35,521 nucleotides of DNA, taken from Chloroflexota bacterium. Lineage in GTDB: Bacteria > Chloroflexota > Limnocylindria > Limnocylindrales > CSP1-4. How positions within the stretch are numbered: position 1 is the stretch's first letter; the number at the start of each line of letters is the position of its first letter. Made by a program: the position numbers and the translations under genes. The stretch is from NCBI GenBank assembly GCA_016875645.1, contig VGPE01000002.1, positions 1 to 35,521 of the forward strand, in the 5' to 3' direction. The notes beneath the pieces are model-generated. The model was not told the origin of the DNA, did not search any database, and was given only the letters and a program-made list of their open reading frames with translations. Positions 23,864-31,399 of this stretch are shown piece by piece.

Positions 23864-25261
23864 TCACCGGCGTTGCGTCTGAACAGGTGCACTGCCCGGC
23901 TGGAAACGCCACGTCTCCGGCACCCCGGGGCGCCCGAGCCGGCCGAGCGGGGTCCCGTTGAGGGTGAAGTACGTCACCCCCGAGGACCCCGTCCGCACCT
24001 CCACCGATTCCTGTCCGGTGAACGTCAGCGTCCGGCCGCTGTTGAATGTGGTGCCGGCCGCACCGATCGTCGGATCGAGCTCGCCATCCACCCAGACCTT
24101 GATCCAAGCGGGCCCACCGTTGATCTCGACGACCAGGTTGACGCCTCGATACTGGACGGTGACGGAGCGCGTGATCGTCGTTGAGCGCGCCTGCGAACTC
24201 GACGCGGTGACGGTGATCGACCAGCGGCCGGTCGTGAGATCGAGCCCGGCCTGATAGACGCCCTCCTCATCCACGTCGACCACCTCGGGTGCGGGCGGCG
24301 AGGGCGCCGGGCCGGTCCGAGAGCCCTCGCCCGGGGCCGGGCCAAGGTAGGTCGCACTCACGGTCACGCTGGTGGCGTTCGTCGCCGTCCCCTCGACCGG
24401 GATCGCCCCGTTCTCGAATGACGCGTCGTCCGCCGGCTGGTCCACCGTGAGCGACGGTGCCTGGGCCACGGTGAACGGCACGGTGATGAAGATGCGGGCT
24501 GGCTGCTCGGCCGACTTGCCGGTCTCGGGGTCGGTGGCGGTCACGTCGAACTGGTTGCGGCCGCGGCGCAACTCCACCTCCGCCGCCCAGGTGCCGTCCG
24601 CAGCGGTCGTGGTCCGTCGTGGTTCCTCGCCCGGTGCCGCGACCACGATCGAAACTCCGGGCTGAGAGGTCCCCCGGAGCACGTAGGTCGGGGTCCCCTC
24701 CTCCACGTCGGACACCGCGGTCGCGGGATCGGTCACGCTCAACGTCGGCGGCCGCGAGAAGCGCATCAGCTGGATGGCGAGGTAGGCGACGAACGCGAGG
24801 ACGCCGATCGCGAGCAGGGCGGCCACGAAGATGCCCGGCGAGAACGTCAGGCGCTGGCGCGGGGCCGGGATGGGCCGGGGTACGACGATCACCGGCTCGG
24901 CAATGGGGGTTTCACCCCGCTCTGCGCGCCACTGCTCCAGGATCTCGTCGGGATCGAGCCCCAGGTACTGCGCGTAATTGCGCAGGAATCCCTTCGTGTA
25001 GACCGACCCCGGCAGGTCGCGCCAGTCGCCCCGCTCGAGGGCGCTCAGGTAACGGGCACGGATCTTCGTGTCGCGCTCAGCGCGCGCGAGGTCGACTCCC
25101 TTGTCCTCGCGCGCGGCGAGCAGCCGCTCGGGCAGGCCCGTCGGCGGCCCGGCGTCGGTCGGCGATCTGCCCGCGTCGGGCGATCCGCCGTTCGCTGGCG
25201 GCCGGGCACTGCCCGGTCGAGCCTCAGCCGGTCGACGTCGGGCCCGATCGCTCGTTGTCAT
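23864..25261 (-). CDS. rodZ: RodZ-like cytoskeleton-associated protein: XRE-type HTH, one TM helix, extracytoplasmic Ig-like region and DUF4115-like C-terminus
   Basis: LARAERDTKIRARYLSALERGDWRDLPGSVYTKGFLRNYAQYLGLD is the RodZ-type HTH. The TM helix is IFVAALLAIGVLAFVAYLAIQLM. The C-terminus is VNLVVEINGGPAWIKVWVDGE...FTLNG. The start overlaps the ftsK stop (ATGA at 25258-25261). Confidence 0.7.
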   Translation of the reverse strand: MTTSDRARRRPAEARPGSARPPANGGSPDAGRSPTDAGPPTGLPERLLAAREDKGVDLARAERDTKIRARYLSALERGDWRDLPGSVYTKGFLRNYAQYLGLDPDEILEQWRAERGETPIAEPVIVVPRPIPAPRQRLTFSPGIFVAALLAIGVLAFVAYLAIQLMRFSRPPTLSVTDPATAVSDVEEGTPTYVLRGTSQPGVSIVVAAPGEEPRRTTTAADGTWAAEVELRRGRNQFDVTATDPETGKSAEQPARIFITVPFTVAQAPSLTVDQPADDASFENGAIPVEGTATNATSVTVSATYLGPAPGEGSRTGPAPSPPAPEVVDVDEEGVYQAGLDLTTGRWSITVTASSSQARSTTITRSVTVQYRGVNLVVEINGGPAWIKVWVDGELDPTIGAAGTTFNSGRTLTFTGQESVEVRTGSSGVTYFTLNGTPLGRLGRPGVPETWRFQPGSAPVQTQRR

Positions 25262-27717
25262 CCGTCGTCGACGTCACCGTCCGGGTTGCGTCGCGAGGCG
25301 CTGACGGCGGGGGTCGGATCGCGGCGAAGGACCTGCCGCGCGTTCGATCCGTCGAAGGCACCCACGTAGCCCCTGGACTCAAGTTGGTCGATGATCCGGG
25401 CGGCGCGCGCGTAGCCCACCTTCAGGCGGCGCTGGAGGAGTGACGCCGAGGCCCGATCGTACTCCTGCACCACGCGGACAGCGTCCATCAGCAGCCGGTC
25501 CGCTTCTTCGTCGGGCTGCTCCTCGACCGAGCCGACGGAGTCCTCGTCGTTCTCGACGATCGCCATGTCGTAGCGCGGGCCACCCGCGTTCTCGGCCTCC
25601 TTCTTCCAGTGGTCTGCGAGCGCATGGATCTCGCGGTCCGCCACGAAGACTCCCTGGAGGCGGATCGGGCGCGGCAGGTCGGCCGGCTGGTAGAGCATGT
25701 CGCCCCGGCCGATGAGGTCTTCTGCGCCGGGTGTGTCAAGGATGGTCCGCGAGTCGATCTGCGAGGCCATCGCGAATGCGATCCGGCTCGGGAAGTTGGC
25801 CTTGATGAGCCCGGTCACCACGTTGACCGACGGGCGCTGGGTCGCAAGAACCATGTGGATCCCGGTCGCCCGCGCCTTCTGGGCCAACCGGACGATCGGG
25901 TCTTCGACGTTCTTGCCCTCGCGCATCATCAGGTCGGCCAGCTCGTCGATCATGATGACGATGTAGGGCATCCGGTCGGCGGGATCCACGCGGGTCTCGT
26001 TGAACGACCCGATGTTGCGCGCCGTCGCGCCGGCCAGTCGCCGGTAGCGGTACTCCATCTCCGCAACGGCCCACTTGAGCGCGGCTTTGGCCTGGCCGGG
26101 CTCCGTGATGACGGGCACCTTCAGGTGCGGCACGCCGTTGTAGGCGGCCAGCTCCACGCGCTTGAGGTCCATCAGGATCAGGTGGACCTCGTCCGGCATG
26201 GCGCTCAGGAGCAGGCTCGCGATGAGTGCGTTCACCATCACGCTCTTGCCGGAGCCGGTGGCGCCGGCGATCAGCAGGTGCGGCATCTTCGCCAGGTCGA
26301 CCGAGCGCGCGTGGCCCGCGACGTCGCGTCCCAGCGCGAACGTCAACTTGGAGGGCGAGGCACGGAAGTCGGCCTCCTCGGCGATCCGGCGGATCGACAC
26401 GATGTTGAAGTCCGAGTTGGGGATCTCGAGACCGACCACGCTCTTGCCCGGGATGGGCGCCTCGATCCGCAGCGTCCGGGCGGCGAGCGCCATCGCGAGA
26501 TCGTCCGCGAGGCCCTCGATCCGCGAGACCTTCACCTCCGGCGCCGGCTCCACTTCGTATTGGGTGACCACCGGGCCCGCGTTCCAGTGCTCGACGCGGA
26601 CCGGGATGTTGAAGCTGGCCAGCTTGGCGGTGATGATCGCCGCGTTCCGCTCGTGATCCATGGTCGCGCCGCCCTTCTTGGCGGCGATGTCATCGAGCAG
26701 CGTGAGCGGCGGGGTGACCCATTGGTACTCGGGCCGCGGGGCCGGCTCGTCGGAGATCTCCTCGTCGGGCCCGTCGTACCGTCCGGCAACCGCCGGCACA
26801 GCCCCGGTCCCATTGCCATTTCGACCCGCCGGGCCATCCCCGCCAGCCAGCCACGCAGCGCCCGCGGCGAATGGGCCACGATCTCCGGTCGGGGCCTCCG
26901 CCGCGACGGGCACCGCCGCGGCAAACGTCGACGACATCGGGGCGCCGCTCGGAATGGCGGCCGGGATCCCCGGCCGGATATCCCGGGCGTCTTCTCCGTC
27001 TGGCTCGGCACGTCCCCGCCGCCGGCGGTCGCTCGTCACGTCCGCCGCCTCGTCCGCAGCACCGCGTCCGGGGCCCACGGCCCGCGCTGCGGCCCGCCCG
27101 GTGCGGTTGGTCTCGCCCGGCTCGGACGTGGCGCGGTCAGGCGAGACCAGGGCGGCCGAGACCGTGCGCGCAGCCCCACGCAACGGCGCCAGGAGCTGTG
27201 GCAGGCCGGCGTCGAGCATGATCAGCAGCCCGACGATGGCGGCTCCGATCAGCAGCACGAAGGCGCCCGGTGCCGTGATGAGGCCACCCAGCAGCGTGGC
27301 GAGGAAATCGCCGATGCGGCCGCCTCGACCGGGGTCGAACAATTCGATCAGGCCCAGCAGCGCGAGGTACATGAGCGTCCCGCCCGCCACGCGAGTTGTC
27401 CATGCGCCCGAGCCCCGACGGGCCCGTTCGATGTAGATGCCGGCCCCGAGCAGGACGAACGGCAGCAGCCAGCGTCCAGCGCCGAACCAGGGCGCAATGG
27501 AGTCTCGCCACAGGTCCGTCAAGCGGCCCTGCCCCGGGAGCAGCAGGGCAATCAGGGTCACCGCGCCCAGGATCATCAGGATGATCCCGACGACCGACCG
27601 GACGACCTCCGGGCTGACGTGCCAGTTCACGCCCGGACGTGACCGGCGCCGGCGACCCGGCGCTGCGGTCCTGGCTGCCGGGGTGGTGTGGCGACGTGGC
27701 GGGCCAGCGCTGGACAT
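25258..27717 (-). CDS. ftsK: DNA translocase FtsK
   Basis: N-terminal TM helices and a Pro/Ala/Arg linker are followed by the motor domain (PHLLIAGATGSGKSV Walker A; YIVIMIDELADLMM Walker B; VLATQRPSV) and the gamma winged helix (ASASLLQRRLKVGYARAARIIDQLESRG). ATG 27717 lies 1 nt after the rnj stop (TGAcATG). Confidence 0.95.
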   Translation of the reverse strand: MSSAGPPRRHTTPAARTAAPGRRRRSRPGVNWHVSPEVVRSVVGIILMILGAVTLIALLLPGQGRLTDLWRDSIAPWFGAGRWLLPFVLLGAGIYIERARRGSGAWTTRVAGGTLMYLALLGLIELFDPGRGGRIGDFLATLLGGLITAPGAFVLLIGAAIVGLLIMLDAGLPQLLAPLRGAARTVSAALVSPDRATSEPGETNRTGRAAARAVGPGRGAADEAADVTSDRRRRGRAEPDGEDARDIRPGIPAAIPSGAPMSSTFAAAVPVAAEAPTGDRGPFAAGAAWLAGGDGPAGRNGNGTGAVPAVAGRYDGPDEEISDEPAPRPEYQWVTPPLTLLDDIAAKKGGATMDHERNAAIITAKLASFNIPVRVEHWNAGPVVTQYEVEPAPEVKVSRIEGLADDLAMALAARTLRIEAPIPGKSVVGLEIPNSDFNIVSIRRIAEEADFRASPSKLTFALGRDVAGHARSVDLAKMPHLLIAGATGSGKSVMVNALIASLLLSAMPDEVHLILMDLKRVELAAYNGVPHLKVPVITEPGQAKAALKWAVAEMEYRYRRLAGATARNIGSFNETRVDPADRMPYIVIMIDELADLMMREGKNVEDPIVRLAQKARATGIHMVLATQRPSVNVVTGLIKANFPSRIAFAMASQIDSRTILDTPGAEDLIGRGDMLYQPADLPRPIRLQGVFVADREIHALADHWKKEAENAGGPRYDMAIVENDEDSVGSVEEQPDEEADRLLMDAVRVVQEYDRASASLLQRRLKVGYARAARIIDQLESRGYVGAFDGSNARQVLRRDPTPAVSASRRNPDGDVDDG

Positions 27718-27718
27718 G

Positions 27719-29386
27719 TCAGACCTCAACCACGACCGGAAAGACCATCGGCCGGCGCTTGGTCTGCTCATAGAGGTACCGTGACACTGCGTCCTTGACC
27801 TGGCTCTTGAGCAGCCCGACCTCGCTGATGTGCTCGCCCGGATTCTCGATCGAGACGATCACCTTCTCGATCGTGGTCTGAATGAGCGGGTCCTGCTCGT
27901 TGCCGGGCACGAAGCCGCGCGTGATGATCTCGGGCCGGCCGATCACGTTGCCGGTCTGCTTGTCGACCGTGATCACCACCATGAACATGCCGTCGTTCGC
28001 GAGCGCCCGCCGATCCCGCAGCACGATCTCCCCCACTTCGCCGACCGAGAGTCCGTCCACATAGACGTATCCGGCCGGGACCGGTGCGCCGCGCCGCGCC
28101 GACCCGTCGGGCAGGATCTCGATCGGCATCCCATTTTCAATGATGAAGACGTTGGACGGATCCACCCCGGTCTCGATCGCAAGCCGACCGTGCTGGACCT
28201 GCATCCGGAACTCGCCGTGGATCGGGATGAAGTGGCGCGGCTTGGTCAGGCCCAGCATGAGCTTGAGTTCTTCCTGGCTGGCGTGGCCCGAGACATGAGC
28301 GCGCTTGATCGTGTGGTAGTACACGTTGGCGCCGGCCTTGAACAGGTTGTCGATCGTGCGCGCGACGTACTCCTCGTTGCCGGGGATCGGGCTGGCGCTG
28401 ACGATGACGGTGTCGCCGGGCTGGATGTCGACCCAGCGGTGGTCGCGGTTGGCCATGCGCGAGAGGCCGGACATCGGCTCGCCCTGGGCACCCGTGGTCG
28501 CGATGACCAGACGGCTGTCGGGGATCGAGCTGATCTGCTCCTTCGGCACGATGCCGCTCGGCTCGTACTTGAGGTAGCCGAGGTCCGTGGCGATCCGGAA
28601 GTTCTGCTCCATGGAGCGTCCGATCACCGCGACCTTGCGGTCGAACTGCGACGATGCGTCGAGCACCTGCTGGAGGCGAGCGATATTGCTCGCGAAGGTG
28701 GCGACGATCACCCGACCCTCGAGTGGCTCCATGATCTCCCGGAACGCCTCGCCGACGGTCCGTTCCGAGGGCGTGTAGCCCGGGTTCTCGGCTCGCGTGG
28801 AGTCCGAAAGCAGGCAGACCACACCCTCTTCGCCGAGTCTGGCGAGGATGTGGAAGTCCGAGAGCTTGCCGTCGACCGGGGTGTGGTCGAACTTGAAGTC
28901 GCCGGTGTGGACCGCGGTGCCGACAGGCGTCCGGAGCGCGATACCCATCGCGTCAGGGATGGAGTGACCGACGCGGAACGGGATGACGGTGAACGGGCCG
29001 ATGGCCGTTTCGTCGCCCGGCTCGAGCGCGATGAGCGGGTTGTGATGGAGCTTGTGCTCCCGGATCTTGTTGCCGAGCAGGCCTCGCGCGAGGGTGGACG
29101 CATAGACGGGCACGCCCGGGAATTCGGGCAGGATGTAGGGCAGGCCGCCGACGTGGTCCTCGTGGGCGTGGGTGATGAGGAACGCCTTCACGTTGGCTCG
29201 GCGCTCCTTGAGATACGTCACGTCGGGGATCACGAGGTCGATGCCGAACATCTCCTCGTCGGGGAACATCAGCCCGCAGTCGATGACGACGATGTCGTCG
29301 CCGTACTCGAACACGTACATGTTCTTGCCGATCTCGCCAACGCCACCGAGGGGGATGATGCGGAGCGGCATTCGTGGGTCGGGCAT
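27719..29386 (-). CDS. rnj: Ribonuclease J (metallo-beta-lactamase/beta-CASP RNase)
   Basis: LRIIPLGGVGEIGKNMYVFEYGDDIVVIDCGLMFPD, ITHAHEDHVGGLPY (HxHxDH) and HVSGHASQEELKLM (beta-CASP motif C). The length of 555 aa fits. Confidence 0.95.
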   Translation of the reverse strand: MPDPRMPLRIIPLGGVGEIGKNMYVFEYGDDIVVIDCGLMFPDEEMFGIDLVIPDVTYLKERRANVKAFLITHAHEDHVGGLPYILPEFPGVPVYASTLARGLLGNKIREHKLHHNPLIALEPGDETAIGPFTVIPFRVGHSIPDAMGIALRTPVGTAVHTGDFKFDHTPVDGKLSDFHILARLGEEGVVCLLSDSTRAENPGYTPSERTVGEAFREIMEPLEGRVIVATFASNIARLQQVLDASSQFDRKVAVIGRSMEQNFRIATDLGYLKYEPSGIVPKEQISSIPDSRLVIATTGAQGEPMSGLSRMANRDHRWVDIQPGDTVIVSASPIPGNEEYVARTIDNLFKAGANVYYHTIKRAHVSGHASQEELKLMLGLTKPRHFIPIHGEFRMQVQHGRLAIETGVDPSNVFIIENGMPIEILPDGSARRGAPVPAGYVYVDGLSVGEVGEIVLRDRRALANDGMFMVVITVDKQTGNVIGRPEIITRGFVPGNEQDPLIQTTIEKVIVSIENPGEHISEVGLLKSQVKDAVSRYLYEQTKRRPMVFPVVVEV

Positions 29387-29400
29387 GCGCTCGTCCAGGT

Positions 29401-30102
29401 TCAGAACAGGGTCGGCTGGGGGATGGCGGGCCCGTCAGGGTCCGGCGCAACCGGAGTTGCCGGCAGGGGCGGCTCGGGCGCCGGCGAGGCGGCGGCCTGG
29501 AGCAGCTGCCGCCGGGCCCGCGCCGCCAGCAGCGCCGCCGGCACCGAGGCCATGTCCACGAAGCTCGTGCGCTCGATGTCCGGCGTCCGCAGGGCAGCGG
29601 CCGGGTGGTACATCGCAACGGCGAGGGCGTGGGGCGCGCCGGTCGCGGGGTCGACAGGTCGTGTCGTTCCGTGCGCCGCGCCGATCCGCGCGCCGGGCAT
29701 GAAGGTGCCCATCGAATAGCGGCCCAGGGTCACGACCAGCGCCGGGTCCAGCGCCGCCAGCTGGCGCTGGAGGAAGGGTGCGCAGGTAGCGATCTCGTCC
29801 GGCAGCGGATCGCGATTGTCGGGCGGTCGGCACTTCACGACATTGGTGATGAACACGTCCTCGCGGCGCCAGCCGATCGACGCCAGGAGGCGGACCAGGA
29901 GCGCGCCGGCCCGGCCGACGAACGGCCGGCCCTCGCGGTCCTCGTTGAAGCCCGGTCCCTCACCGACGAACATGACCTCGGTATCGGGGTTGCCCTCTCC
30001 GGGAACCGCGCGCGTCCGGCCCGCGCTGAGGCGACAGCGGGTGCAGGCGCGGACTTCGTTCGCGATCTGCTCGAGCGCGACGCTGCGCTCGGCCTCCGTC
30101 AC
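29401..30102 (-). CDS. Uracil-DNA glycosylase, family 4 (Fe-S type)
   Basis: ACTRCRL...VPGEGNPDTEVMFVGEGPGFNEDREGRPFVGRAGALL...FITNVVKCRPP...HP are family-4 UDG motifs. GTG 30102 overlaps the asd stop (GTGA at 30099-30102). The longer ORF to 30174 would overlap asd by 76 nt. Confidence 0.85.
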   Translation of the reverse strand: MTEAERSVALEQIANEVRACTRCRLSAGRTRAVPGEGNPDTEVMFVGEGPGFNEDREGRPFVGRAGALLVRLLASIGWRREDVFITNVVKCRPPDNRDPLPDEIATCAPFLQRQLAALDPALVVTLGRYSMGTFMPGARIGAAHGTTRPVDPATGAPHALAVAMYHPAAALRTPDIERTSFVDMASVPAALLAARARRQLLQAAASPAPEPPLPATPVAPDPDGPAIPQPTLF

Positions 30103-31187
30103 GCGGACTCCGCTACCGATCGGGCTGCGCCCGCCCCGGTGGCTGTTCCCCGGCGATCGGCCGGCTGGAGCCATTCGTTCTCGACGAGGAGTTCCGCGAT
30201 CTCGACGGCATTGGTCGCGGCGCCCTTGCGAACGTTGTCGCTGACGACCCAGAACGCCAGGCCATGAGCAACCGATGGGTCGCGTCGGACGCGACCGACG
30301 AAGATCTCGTCACGCCCGGCGGCCTCGGTCGCGAGCGGGTAGACGTGTGACCCGGGGTCGTCGCGGACGACGACGCCGGGGACCTCGGTGAAGATCTCAC
30401 GCGCAGTCTCGGGCGAGATGGCCGCCGAGGTCTCGACATGGACGGCTTCCGAATGGGCGTAGAAGACCGGGATCCGAACCGCGGTGCACGAGATGCGCAG
30501 ATCCGGCATGTGGAGGATCTTGCGGCTCTCCGTGACGACCTTCCACTCCTCGCGGGAATACCCGTTCTCGAGGAACACGTCGATCTCGGGCAGCGCGTTG
30601 AACGCGATCTGATGCGGGTACACCGAGACGTCCAGCGGCCGGTTCTCGGCGTAGGCGCGGACCTGGCCTTCCAGTTCCTCGATGGCCGGAGCGCCCGTGC
30701 CCGACACCGACTGGTACGTGTCCACGACCACTCGCTCGATGCCGACGCGGTCGCGCAGCGCCATCAGGAGCGGCACCAGCTGCATCGTGGAGCAGTTCGG
30801 GTTGGCGATGATCCCCCGGTGCTCGGCGGCGTCACCCGGGTTCACCTGGCTGACGACGAGCGGGACGCCGGGCTCCATCCGAAACGCGTTGGAGTTGTCG
30901 ATCACGACGGCGCCGCGCTTTGCCGCTTCGGGCGCAAGTTCGCGCGAGATGTCGGCGCCGGCCGAGAAGAGCGCGAGATCAACGCCCTCGAACGCCTCGG
31001 GCGTGGCCTCCGCGACGGTGAGCACCTGCTCGCCGACCTGGACCGTCCGGCCGACCGACCGACCGGATGCGAGCAGCCGCAACTCCCCGACGGGGAATTC
31101 CCGTTCGAGGAGCACTGCGATCATGGTTCGGCCGACGACGCCGGTCGCGCCGACGACTGCGACGGTCAAGAGCGGCTGGGAGGGCAT
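30099..31187 (-). CDS. asd: Aspartate-semialdehyde dehydrogenase
   Basis: From ATG 31187 (362 aa): LTVAVVGATGVVGRTM (NADP loop), IIANPNCSTMQLV (catalytic Cys) and HSEAVHVE. The upstream 66 codons of the ORF are Arg/Pro-rich and were rejected. Confidence 0.92.
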   Translation of the reverse strand: MPSQPLLTVAVVGATGVVGRTMIAVLLEREFPVGELRLLASGRSVGRTVQVGEQVLTVAEATPEAFEGVDLALFSAGADISRELAPEAAKRGAVVIDNSNAFRMEPGVPLVVSQVNPGDAAEHRGIIANPNCSTMQLVPLLMALRDRVGIERVVVDTYQSVSGTGAPAIEELEGQVRAYAENRPLDVSVYPHQIAFNALPEIDVFLENGYSREEWKVVTESRKILHMPDLRISCTAVRIPVFYAHSEAVHVETSAAISPETAREIFTEVPGVVVRDDPGSHVYPLATEAAGRDEIFVGRVRRDPSVAHGLAFWVVSDNVRKGAATNAVEIAELLVENEWLQPADRRGTATGAGAARSVAESA

Positions 31188-31331
31188 CCCGGGCGTAACT
31201 CCGCGCGAGTGGAAACCGGGCACGGCGCCAGTATACCGCTCGCCCCGAACGGGGCTGAACCGCGGATCAGCGGCAGCCGTCGATGACCGGCAGCATGGGT
31301 GCCGCGGGGCCGACCGGACCCGAGCGCGTCG

Positions 31332-31357
31332 GAGGCCCGCCGTCGCCGGCGGGCCTC
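31332..31357 (-). terminator. Perfect 10-bp GC-rich stem-loop about 43 nt downstream of the pnp stop (terminator or 3'-end-protecting hairpin candidate)
   Basis: Minus-strand RNA GAGGCCCGCC-ggcgac-GGCGGGCCTC. There is no U-tract, so Rho-independent termination is not assured. A smaller CCCGG-gttg-CCGGG hairpin lies just upstream of it. Confidence 0.45.
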
Positions 31358-31399
31358 GGCGTTTCGTGACTGCGTGACCCGGCAACCCGGGCTCGGAAC

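Noticed and set aside
31188-31399. Lysine riboswitch or other known leader upstream of asd
   Set aside because: I could not recognise the conserved cores of the lysine riboswitch or a T-box. The region is better explained by simple hairpins and a possible promoter. A covariance-model scan (Rfam/Infernal) would be decisive.
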